39,324 bases of DNA. Source: a virus. Its lineage: Duplodnaviria > Caudoviricetes. Positions within the stretch are counted from its first letter, which is position 1, and each line of letters opens with the position of its first letter. The notes below the pieces were generated by a model that saw only the letters and a program-made list of their open reading frames with translations, did no database searches and had not been told where the DNA came from. Below, piece by piece: positions 16,957-24,347 of the stretch. The DNA lies in the IMG/VR virus record IMGVR_UViG_3300032272_000039, positions 1 to 39,324 of that record, one strand, 5' to 3'. Made by a program: the position numbers and the translations under genes.

Positions 16957-17184
16957 TGGGATACCAAAATGAAGTTCGTCTATTTCACTTTCTCGGATCG
17001 AAACAAACTTAGAATCTATTTTCAGCGATGCGGCGATTGCTTTTTCGTATGTTGAAAACGCACCCCAGTAGGTGTCACCTTCATAGTCTATATCCTCAAA
17101 AACTACCCAAATTTTGCTAACAGGCCGCTTCTGGCAACCAGCACCATCTCCAGTTGTTTCGGTATTCACATTTTCATTACTCAT
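16951..17184 (-). CDS. Cassette 5 hypothetical protein
   Basis: 77 aa with KIWVVF...GAFSTYEKA; start inside the attC5 loop; TAA stop in the core. Confidence 0.75.
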   Translation of the reverse strand: MSNENVNTETTGDGAGCQKRPVSKIWVVFEDIDYEGDTYWGAFSTYEKAIAASLKIDSKFVSIRESEIDELHFGIPC

Positions 17185-17244
17185 ATCTTGATTTTGGTTA
17201 AGGTTAGTTTCTTGGGGAGCTGGCTCCAGAGCTCAGAGTTAGCG
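17115..17244 (+). repeat. attC-like site 5 (130 bp)
   Basis: TGCTAAC-AGGCC-GCT(T)CTGGCAACCAGCACC...GGAGCTGGCTCCAGAGC-TCAGA-GTTAGCG. Confidence 0.88.
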
Positions 17245-17559
17245 GAAGATAGATTGCCTCAGTGATTCCAAGCACCCCTCTCCCATTTCGTAAGTCTCTT
17301 TCGCAGTCTCATCGATCCACTGTTCCCCCATATGCGTGATCTGCCCGCTTTCATCCTTTCGGATTGCGATTCTTGTGTTCATTAGCCGCAGAGTCGCCAT
17401 GTCGTCTAGGATCGGTTTAGACTGCCGCAAGTATTCTTCCTTGAGTCTATTAGTTTCGCTAACAGGGCGACGCACACAACGAGCTACATCGCTCGCCTTT
17501 CGGTCGCTGTTTTCGTGGTCTCGGGTCAGTAGGCCCATCTGCATTTCTGTTTCAGTCAT
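17239..17559 (-). CDS. Cassette 6 hypothetical protein
   Basis: 106 aa; start inside the attC6 loop; TAA stop in the core. Confidence 0.7.
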   Translation of the reverse strand: MTETEMQMGLLTRDHENSDRKASDVARCVRRPVSETNRLKEEYLRQSKPILDDMATLRLMNTRIAIRKDESGQITHMGEQWIDETAKETYEMGEGCLESLRQSIFR

Positions 17560-17586
17560 CGCTCGTATATGGTCTTAGGGTTCTAA
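17457..17586 (+). repeat. attC-like site 6 (130 bp)
   Basis: CGCTAAC-AGGGC-GAC(G)CACACAACGAGC...GCTCGTATATGGTC-TTAGG-GTTCTAA. Confidence 0.85.
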
Positions 17587-17855
17587 AGAGATTGAACTAG
17601 CTTCAATTCTGCCTCTTGGATCATTCGCCCAAACTGCTTCCCCTCCTCCGTTCCGAAGGTCTTATCGTCAACGAGCACCCTAAGCCCTTGGATCATTATC
17701 CATGTACGGCCCTCCTTTGCGCAGGTATGTCTCATTTCCCCAGTCGGTATCGTCATATTCCCGCGAGCATCGGACTTCAGAACCTCTTCTGATTCCCATT
17801 CTGATTCCAGTACGACGACGGTGCCGCATTCTAGCTTTATTTCGTATTCTCTCAT
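17583..17855 (-). CDS. Cassette 7 hypothetical protein
   Basis: Likely start ATG 17855 (MREYEIKLECG, preceded by TAATT); TAG stop in the core. Confidence 0.7.
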   Translation of the reverse strand: MREYEIKLECGTVVVLESEWESEEVLKSDARGNMTIPTGEMRHTCAKEGRTWIMIQGLRVLVDDKTFGTEEGKQFGRMIQEAELKLVQSL

Positions 17856-17868
17856 AATTATAAATTGG

Positions 17869-17935
17869 TTAGAACATGCCACTGGATTCAAATCCAGCCG
17901 CTGCGCGTCTTACGCGAATCAGTTCTGGGTTAGCT
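17869..17935 (+). repeat. attC-like site 7 (67 bp)
   Basis: TTAGAAC-ATGCC-ACT(G)GATTC...GAATCAGT-TCTGG-GTTAGCT. Confidence 0.85.
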
Positions 17936-18059
17936 ATTTCTTTTTCCTCTTCCACCATCCGCACCAAAGCATCTGATTTTCAGATCGTTTGACGGTTTTG
18001 TTTTTCTTGCATCCGTTGGCGGTTTTGTACCTGCAATTTTCGCACGATTCGTTATTCAT
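17934..18059 (-). CDS. Small Cys-rich protein, 41 aa (below the ORF-track cutoff)
   Basis: MNNESCENCRYKTANGCKKNKTVKRSENQMLWCGWWKRKKK, with GAGATT before the ATG. Confidence 0.6.
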   Translation of the reverse strand: MNNESCENCRYKTANGCKKNKTVKRSENQMLWCGWWKRKKK

Positions 18060-18063
18060 AATC

Positions 18064-18219
18064 TCAATATCTCCACTTGCTCACGGCTCTTTCAATGCCG
18101 TCTGTAATGTTCTTGGCTGCTTTGTCCTTCACGGCTTCCGCTAGCCTCTTCTCGGTGTCCTGGGAGAGCTTCACGCATCTTGGCTTGGCTTTCCGGTCCT
18201 CTGGTTTCTTAGTCGGCAT
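18064..18219 (-). CDS. Small ribbon-helix-helix-like DNA-binding protein, 51 aa
   Basis: MPTKKPEDRKAKPRCVKLSQDTEKRLAEAVKDKAAKNITDGIERAVSKWRY; TAATG overlap with the upstream stop. Confidence 0.55.
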   Translation of the reverse strand: MPTKKPEDRKAKPRCVKLSQDTEKRLAEAVKDKAAKNITDGIERAVSKWRY

Positions 18220-18623
18220 TAAAGACACCCTTCAATTCGCGGTTTTCCGCTAAAAGTGAAACCATGCCCGTAATATCCATTATGGCAGTTCTCAAGCCTC
18301 ACATACAAATCAGGCTCTCGGTAGCTTACTATCTTGAATATTGCAAAACTCCCGCCCTCTTCTTCATAGGAATCCTCATTTCCCTCAAAGAAATCTGTGT
18401 CGAAACTATAGTTTTCGAGGTGTATTTCCTGCGGCTCCTCATTGTCTCCCTTGTGAATGGCATCTGAGCCGTCCTTATTTGGCCCGATGCTCCAGGATGC
18501 ATTTTCGCAACAGCACTGTCCAAGATCGTATCCAAGCAATACATTTGCATGATCGATGAAATTCACCTTACCGGGAAATGTTTCTGTGTAGCTAAATATT
18601 CTCATACTCATACCCATCACCAT
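18219..18623 (-). CDS. Hypothetical protein
   Basis: QCCCE and NCHNGYYGH motifs seen in phage hypotheticals; true start may be ATG 18611 or 18605. Confidence 0.75.
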   Translation of the reverse strand: MVMGMSMRIFSYTETFPGKVNFIDHANVLLGYDLGQCCCENASWSIGPNKDGSDAIHKGDNEEPQEIHLENYSFDTDFFEGNEDSYEEEGGSFAIFKIVSYREPDLYVRLENCHNGYYGHGFTFSGKPRIEGCL

Positions 18624-18646
18624 ACCCCCTTCGCTCAGTCGGTCAA
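18619..18646 (-). promoter_or_regulatory. Putative sigma70-like promoter reading toward the cassette array
   Basis: TTGACC-16 nt-TATGGT on the minus strand, same -35 and spacing as the sites at 21486 and 23030. Confidence 0.45.
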
Positions 18647-18659
18647 GGGTATATACGTT

Positions 18660-18881
18660 TTATTTCAAGAAAAGCGAAAATCGGTTGAAGATTCGCCTGA
18701 GTGAGTAGTTTCGAACGAATGAAACGAGGGTGTAAAAGACGCCAATCGTCAGGTTGTCTCTCAACGAAAGCTCCCATCCGAAAAGCGGAAATATCGTGAA
18801 ATTCGCTGCCAGGTTCACGCTGTAGCCAATCAGGATGTTTGCGACGGATTCTAGGGCTGAGGTTTTGCGGGTCTGTCTCAT
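18660..18881 (-). CDS. Small two-TM membrane protein
   Basis: MRQTRKTSALESVANILIGY...RNYSLRRIFN; ATGA overlap with the upstream stop at 18878. Confidence 0.75.
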   Translation of the reverse strand: MRQTRKTSALESVANILIGYSVNLAANFTIFPLFGWELSLRDNLTIGVFYTLVSFVRNYSLRRIFNRFSLFLK

Positions 18882-19129
18882 CTTGGTTTTCTCATCCTGC
18901 ATTTGCTGCAAGCCTGTGGCCATTCATTGGTTCCGTAGCTTGGGTGGTTCATTCCGTTGTCAGGAAGGTTTCGGAAGTCGTGCCCGCCGTCCTCCTCGCA
19001 TTCCGCATGGAGCTCTGATTCGCGGATGGCCCATATCTCATAATGCTCCTTCAGTAATTCCGATTTCTCGAAATCCCTCCGACTCCTGAATTCTGCTCCC
19101 TTCTGAAACCAGTCGTTTTTGTATTTCAC
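18878..19129 (-). CDS. Hypothetical protein with possible Zn-binding residues
   Basis: 83 aa with C...H...CxxC; overlaps both neighbours by 4 nt. Confidence 0.65.
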   Translation of the reverse strand: MKYKNDWFQKGAEFRSRRDFEKSELLKEHYEIWAIRESELHAECEEDGGHDFRNLPDNGMNHPSYGTNEWPQACSKCRMRKPR

Positions 19130-19371
19130 AATTCGATCTCCAGCAAATTAGCGATTTGGTAATCAGCCCCACACATGCACGGGGTTCCGTCGGCATATCG
19201 TGACAGTATTGATTTCTTGATCAGTGCCGTTAGTTCGTCGGCCCGCACGTATGGCCCGATGTCGTCTGCGTTTTCCTTGTCTCGGCTCCAGGTGGTTTCG
19301 AGTTCAGGGAATCCGTCGAGCTCGCCCATGCAGGGAGTTTGTAGATATATTTTGGATGGTAGGTTCTTCAT
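19126..19371 (-). CDS. Hypothetical protein
   Basis: PSKIYLQ...TTWSRD...YVRAD motif typical of small phage proteins. Confidence 0.75.
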   Translation of the reverse strand: MKNLPSKIYLQTPCMGELDGFPELETTWSRDKENADDIGPYVRADELTALIKKSILSRYADGTPCMCGADYQIANLLEIEL

Positions 19372-19400
19372 AATCTTGGTTGGTTGTTAGTCGTTAGTGA

Positions 19401-19568
19401 TTACAAGAAATCCACTATGTCGCGAAGATTTCGCGCATCTTCATTCATGGCCTCCAGGTTCTTTTTATCGGCTTCGAGTTTTTTTCGCTCGGACTCTGGC
19501 AGGTCCGGCAAAGCTAATTGATCCTCGATTTCCTCGATTCTTCGTTCTCTTATTTCTATCATTCCCAT
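19401..19568 (-). CDS. Small coiled-coil protein, 55 aa
   Basis: MGMIEIRERRIEEIEDQLALPDLPESERKKLEADKKNLEAM..., preceded by AAATT. Confidence 0.55.
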   Translation of the reverse strand: MGMIEIRERRIEEIEDQLALPDLPESERKKLEADKKNLEAMNEDARNLRDIVDFL

Positions 19569-19592
19569 AATTTCGGTTCCGGTTAGGTTGGG

Positions 19593-20291
19593 TTATGTGA
19601 TAAATTGGTTCATCGTTTTCTCATCCATTTTGAGAAACTTACCGCATTCCATGTCATGGCGAACCCATTTCGCGGCAAAGTCGAATTCCCCATTGCGTTC
19701 GACGCGATAGACTAATCCCTCTGGGGTCTCAGAGCATCCGTGAAATCCCCTTGGGTTAAGCAGGCCCATCATTGCATCAACTGACATAGCAGGCCCCTTG
19801 TGGATCAAATGCGTGTGCTCTATGCCGTTGATCCGGCAAATCCGGTGGAGCTCATCTGTCGGAAGTCGATCAGGACCCACCATTAAATCAAAGGCGATAA
19901 ATGGCGTTTTAAGCTTATCATAGAAAAGACCGTGAGCCTGACCCATCCATTCTCCGCAAAGCCTCTGACCGTCTTCCAGTACCGCCAAAAAGAGCTTTTT
20001 GTTAAGCTCAACAAAATGGTGAAAGTCGTGATGCATCTGATGAGGTGAAGTCATGGCGGCCCATCCCTTCCGGCTTATCGCGTGTATCTCATTGCCAGTT
20101 CTGGCAATTCCTACATTTGACCCATCGACCTTTTCTGTAACGTAAACAACATCATGCTTATCTCTGGTCTTTTCTGTGAGGATTCGCGCCTGGCCTTCGC
20201 TTACGCAATGGTCTGCTGGTCCTAGCTTGCTGGTCGGCAAGTGCCCGATTGATCCGTAGTTTTTTCGTCCTATTGGTTTTTCAGTATTCAT
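19593..20291 (-). CDS. RNA ligase (Rnl2-like nucleotidyltransferase domain)
   Basis: Motif I VTEKVDGSN, III LCGEW, IIIa FIAFDL, IV PEGLVYR, V AAKWV. Confidence 0.85.
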   Translation of the reverse strand: MNTEKPIGRKNYGSIGHLPTSKLGPADHCVSEGQARILTEKTRDKHDVVYVTEKVDGSNVGIARTGNEIHAISRKGWAAMTSPHQMHHDFHHFVELNKKLFLAVLEDGQRLCGEWMGQAHGLFYDKLKTPFIAFDLMVGPDRLPTDELHRICRINGIEHTHLIHKGPAMSVDAMMGLLNPRGFHGCSETPEGLVYRVERNGEFDFAAKWVRHDMECGKFLKMDEKTMNQFIT

Positions 20292-20830
20292 AATTTCATT
20301 TGGTTGGTTCTGTTATTCGTCGAAAGTCATTCGCTTATCCGGTATTCGCAATCCTTCACAGCCTGCAAAAGATCCAGGGGAGCGGAGTTCGATCCCCCCT
20401 TACCCATGAGAGAGTAAGGAGAGAAATCCATTCTAGCCATGCAATGAGTCACTGGTCTAGCGTATGTTTAGCAAACTAAGGCTGGTTCATCCCCAGAAAT
20501 TACACCGTCAAGCGTTTGCATCGATCCCCCAGCGTTACGAGTCGCTGGCATATACCGCCTCCAGGAGATGGTTTTTCTCGGGAGGTAAGGCCGTGTGCTT
20601 TTGCCCTTATGGAGCCAGGAAGCTTGTGAGACGGCGATCAGAGTTCGCAAGTGAACGGAACCACTAAAAGAGAAAGGCCATCTCCGCGTCAAGCAGAAAT
20701 GGCCTTCAAAGTCTTGCGAACCCTGTCTATTCAAAAACTAAAAACCTTTTGTACATTTATTGTCAATTCCTATGTGCATTTTTTGTACATCTTGAGTAAA
20801 TCGCTCAAGTTACCGGGGATTAGGTTACGT

Positions 20831-21034
20831 TCACGAAAACGGTTTCGCGAACATCGCTAAGAATCGCTTGGTCAGAGGGTTTGAGCGTTGTTTCCTAGGC
20901 CATCTCGCTCGCTCATACTCCTCAATCTCGGAAGCTAGGCTCTGCAACCGCGTATCAATGGCTGAGGCTTCGTCCATAAGCTTTGAAATCTCTTCGAGTG
21001 CCTTTGTATGTTCTTCGTCTGTTTTGATGCTCAT
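20831..21034 (-). CDS. HigA N-terminal-like small protein without an HTH
   Basis: IKTDEEHTKALEEISKLMD...LQSLASEIEEYERARWP. Confidence 0.6.
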   Translation of the reverse strand: MSIKTDEEHTKALEEISKLMDEASAIDTRLQSLASEIEEYERARWPRKQRSNPLTKRFLAMFAKPFS

Positions 21035-21485
21035 AGTCGTTTAAAGGAGTCCCCGACCAGGATCAACGCCGTCATGGAGACTAGCTAGCCCGGCAGGGGG
21101 GTAAAATTTGCAGCGATCTTACGTCACTTAATTTTCCATCCTCGCCTAAGCTTTGCGGATGACGCTTCAGTAATCGCCATGAGACGCCGTTTGCGGTAAA
21201 GAACAAAAGCCCTTGGTCCCGTCCTTATTTGTTATTCAGGACGCATCCCCTACGATGAGAGGAGTTGACGATACAAGGGCTAGAAACGAGCAATAAGCAT
21301 GATCAACGGTTTGTCAATCCTTCGAAATTGTCTCTCCCTGGCCCGCTCAAGTAATGCGATCCGTTTACTGCTACGACCAAGGAGAGTTTCTTGTTTCGAT
21401 GTGCATCATAGTTTGATGATGCTTAATGCAGGTAATTTGCGTTAAGTCAATGTTATACTTATTTCGACAAATCCTCACTTTGCTA

Positions 21486-21513
21486 TTGACCTGTGATCAA
21501 TGGTAGGTAGGTT
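21486..21513 (+). promoter_or_regulatory. Putative promoter of the rightward arm
   Basis: TTGACC-16 nt-TAGGTT; TTGACCTGTGATCA recurs at 23030. Confidence 0.55.
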
Positions 21514-21630
21514 GGAGCTCTATTAACGAAAGGGGTTTCGTTAGAGAGTGAAAACATAGAGTAAAGTGCAAGGCGGCTGGGTTTCGGCTCAGTCGCCAAC
21601 TTTAGAAGATTAACCCAAACGAAGAAGATT

Positions 21631-21876
21631 ATGAATGGACAAACAAACGCATACATTGGCGGGCATCACTTTGAGGTGTTGTTCGACTACGAGCCAGAAA
21701 TCAAAGGCTCATTCGGTCGCGATGGCGGCGAAGAGCCTAGAGACGAATACCTTGAGATAACGTCAATAAGCCTCGGTGAGATCAACGTCACCGCGCTTAT
21801 ATACGAAAACGCAACCGACCTCTACGATAAAATTTACTCGCAGGTCTCCAAGCGCATTAGAGAGGGGGATCTGTAA
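21631..21876 (+). CDS. Hypothetical protein
   Basis: 81 aa, acidic; GAAGATT before the ATG. Confidence 0.75.
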   Translation: MNGQTNAYIGGHHFEVLFDYEPEIKGSFGRDGGEEPRDEYLEITSISLGEINVTALIYENATDLYDKIYSQVSKRIREGDL

Positions 21877-22241
21877 TGGCTAAATTCGCAACGCTGAAGA
21901 GTTGGGTTCTAGGGAGTGAGTTAATTGCTCATAATCGACCATACGAATTTAAGGATGTGGAAAAGAACCCGTCTTTGATTTGGATAGATGGAATATGCTA
22001 CGATAAAGAGCTTTTCGACATCACTGAAACCGACGAATGCCGCATACTCAAAGGAAGCGTTGAGACGGTCGAGGAATGCTTGGAACGTATAAGAGCTACG
22101 CCACTTGTGAAGATCGCCGAAGAGCTCGTACAGCTCAAAGCAGACTTCCACACGGCAGTCGGCGAGAGCGTCCAAACTCAACACAACCTAAACCAGCTCG
22201 TTTCTGAGATCAGCAAGAGCGTTAAAACTTACGGAATATGA
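21876..22241 (+). CDS. Hypothetical protein
   Basis: 121 aa, translationally coupled to both neighbours. Confidence 0.7.
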   Translation: MAKFATLKSWVLGSELIAHNRPYEFKDVEKNPSLIWIDGICYDKELFDITETDECRILKGSVETVEECLERIRATPLVKIAEELVQLKADFHTAVGESVQTQHNLNQLVSEISKSVKTYGI

Positions 22242-22594
22242 ACGAGGAGAAATGGTGCGAAATGGAAGACCGGATTAAAGACGAAAAAGCTCAGGGGGAA
22301 AACCAAAGTTACGGAGATTATAAAAGTTCCATACCTGATGATTACTCCCCAAGTGTTGGTGATCGCTTCGTAAGAGCTAAAGGAGTCCATAAGAGTGACA
22401 CCATAAGCACGGAGCGAACAGAATTGAAAGTAACTAAAGTCAACCCTGTAGGGATACAGGCTGCGTATAAAAACGGAGGGTTCCTTAACTCGACACCAAC
22501 TGAGTTCATCCGGTTGGCACGAATGTCGGTTGATTGCGGTACTTTATTTTATCCTTCAAAAAAACTTAATCTAAAACCAAACACACAATTATGA
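22238..22594 (+). CDS. Hypothetical protein
   Basis: 118 aa with ATGA overlaps. Confidence 0.65.
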   Translation: MNEEKWCEMEDRIKDEKAQGENQSYGDYKSSIPDDYSPSVGDRFVRAKGVHKSDTISTERTELKVTKVNPVGIQAAYKNGGFLNSTPTEFIRLARMSVDCGTLFYPSKKLNLKPNTQL

Positions 22595-22824
22595 AACCAG
22601 GAAAACACGAAGAAGGCACGGAAGAGGTCAACATGAGCCGCGTTGTATTGACGCACGAATCAGCCGATTGGTTTTGGGATGCTGCATACAAGCACCCCGA
22701 CGGCAAAGGCGCTGTAGTCGAGCAGTTGATACGTTTTGGAGCTGCGAACGGCTTCAAGGTCAATAACAAGGTCGATGTGCGCGAGATGCAGCACAAAGAC
22801 GCGAATTTGAAAGGGGGTAAATAA
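22591..22824 (+). CDS. Hypothetical protein
   Basis: 77 aa, coupled. Confidence 0.7.
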   Translation: MKPGKHEEGTEEVNMSRVVLTHESADWFWDAAYKHPDGKGAVVEQLIRFGAANGFKVNNKVDVREMQHKDANLKGGK

Positions 22825-23021
22825 TGAGCTGGCAAGAAATCCTAATCCTCTTTGAGGCGTTCGTTGCCGTAACTGCTGTTGTGCTATGGAAGCATGAGCA
22901 AAAACGCGCTGACGATCAACAGGATCGAAAAAATATCGCATGGCAAATCATCGAGCGAAGAGACAAGACGATTGCGGCCCTCAAGGGTTGGAAAACGAGG
23001 ATAGAAGAATCACAAAACTGA
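22824..23021 (+). CDS. Small membrane-anchored coiled-coil protein
   Basis: N-terminal hydrophobic helix; TAATG overlap. Confidence 0.65.
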   Translation: MSWQEILILFEAFVAVTAVVLWKHEQKRADDQQDRKNIAWQIIERRDKTIAALKGWKTRIEESQN

Positions 23022-23029
23022 AAGAATCC

Positions 23030-23057
23030 TTGACCTGTGATCATTGCAGGATACAAA
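23030..23057 (+). promoter_or_regulatory. Putative internal promoter
   Basis: TTGACC-16 nt-TACAAA in an intergenic gap; first 14 nt identical to 21486-21499. Confidence 0.5.
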
Positions 23058-23068
23058 GGAAGAAGATT

Positions 23069-23452
23069 ATGAATAAAACAAAAGAAACACTATTAGAAAT
23101 AGAAACCGAAAGGCACCTTAATGCTAAAGCCTTAATTGAAAAAATTCGTGATGATTTGGATTTTTCTAGGTTAGACTCATCGGGTCATATTTGGCTTGAG
23201 TCGGATTTTGATTCCATCATGGAACAACTCCACATAATGAGAGGAACTTTTGGTAACTATAATTTGGAGTCATATGCGATGAATGGTACTAGACTTGCCG
23301 CTTATTATGAGTTCGAAGCAGTAACCGTTTACGCACTGTTTGAAAACGCTGAATACGCCTTGAGCAGGATCAGTGGGGATAAATGTTCTATTATCGAAAA
23401 AATAGAACCTGAACGAAGATTACTAACAGTTACATGCCCTCTTGTCCCCTAA
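23069..23452 (+). CDS. Hypothetical protein
   Basis: Start reassigned to ATG 23069 (GAAGATTATG), MNKTKETLL. Confidence 0.7.
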   Translation: MNKTKETLLEIETERHLNAKALIEKIRDDLDFSRLDSSGHIWLESDFDSIMEQLHIMRGTFGNYNLESYAMNGTRLAAYYEFEAVTVYALFENAEYALSRISGDKCSIIEKIEPERRLLTVTCPLVP

Positions 23453-23567
23453 ACCCTCTCTTAGCTGCCAGGGAACAACCCCTGACAGCGTGAAGATTAT
23501 GAATATCGAGCTAAGCTCGAAACTCCAATAAGTTTAACAACCACAATTAAGTCAACTGAAGATTATC

Positions 23568-24347
23568 ATGAGTACACAGCTAACAATCAAACAGCAACTC
23601 CAAGGAGATGCATTCAAATCGGAAGTAGCGAAAGCCCTTCCTAAACATCTCACGCCAGAGAGATTCATTCGGGTTGCGGTTACGGCGTTGAATCGAACCC
23701 CAAAGCTCCTCAAATGCACTCAGCCGAGTTTATTCAAGTGTCTGCTCGATTGCTCAAGCCTAGGAATCGAACCCGATGGACGACGCGCTTACCTAATCCC
23801 TTACGGTACGGAATGCACGTTGATCATTTCCTACATGGGCTTAATCGAGCTTTGTAAGCGTAACGGTGATGTAAGCAACGTGTTTGCCGCTGTAGTCCAT
23901 GAGAAGGACTTCTTCGAGTACGACTTGGGTACTGACCGCCAAATCACGCACAAGCCTGTTCTAAAGGATCGTGGAGACATCCTGGGGGCTTACGCGGTTG
24001 TCTCCTTCAAGGATGGCGAGAAGGATTTTGAGTTCATGGATATTGGCGAGATTAACGCCATTCGTGATCGCTCAAAGTCTGGGCAAAATGGTCCCTGGAA
24101 GACCGATTGGGCTGAGATGGCTAAGAAGACCACGATTCGACGCCTACTGAAGCGTCAGATCCTTTCGCCTGAAGTACGCGATCAGATCGACAAAGAGGAT
24201 TCACAAGAGACTCAAAGCCATCAGCAACGAGCCTCAAATGCTAAGCCTGCCGATAGGAATCCTTTTGAGGATATTCCCGACGATGAGGAAGATGAACGTC
24301 CAGGGATGGAAAACACAATCGAAGTTGAAACGGAGGAGGTAGAATAA
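23568..24347 (+). CDS. recT: RecT-family ssDNA annealing protein
   Basis: ALPKHLTPERFIRVA, AYLIPYG, SYMGLIEL and WKTDWAEMAKKTTIRR motifs; acidic tail. Confidence 0.95.
   Translation: MSTQLTIKQQLQGDAFKSEVAKALPKHLTPERFIRVAVTALNRTPKLLKCTQPSLFKCLLDCSSLGIEPDGRRAYLIPYGTECTLIISYMGLIELCKRNGDVSNVFAAVVHEKDFFEYDLGTDRQITHKPVLKDRGDILGAYAVVSFKDGEKDFEFMDIGEINAIRDRSKSGQNGPWKTDWAEMAKKTTIRRLLKRQILSPEVRDQIDKEDSQETQSHQQRASNAKPADRNPFEDIPDDEEDERPGMENTIEVETEEVE

Larger units (their letters stand above)
15700..17935 (+). mobile_element. Integron-type array of seven gene cassettes without an integrase
   Basis: Seven attC-like palindromes alternate with seven small ORFs; each cassette's leading GTT core complements its own closing AAC core. 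Confidence 0.88.

Noticed and set aside
15932-17935. CRISPR array or set of terminators
   Set aside because: The units differ in sequence and length, are separated by whole ORFs and lack U-tracts; the core complementarity fits attC sites.
20371-20405. tRNA gene suggested by GTTCGATCC
   Set aside because: I could not build an acceptor stem, D arm or anticodon arm around it.
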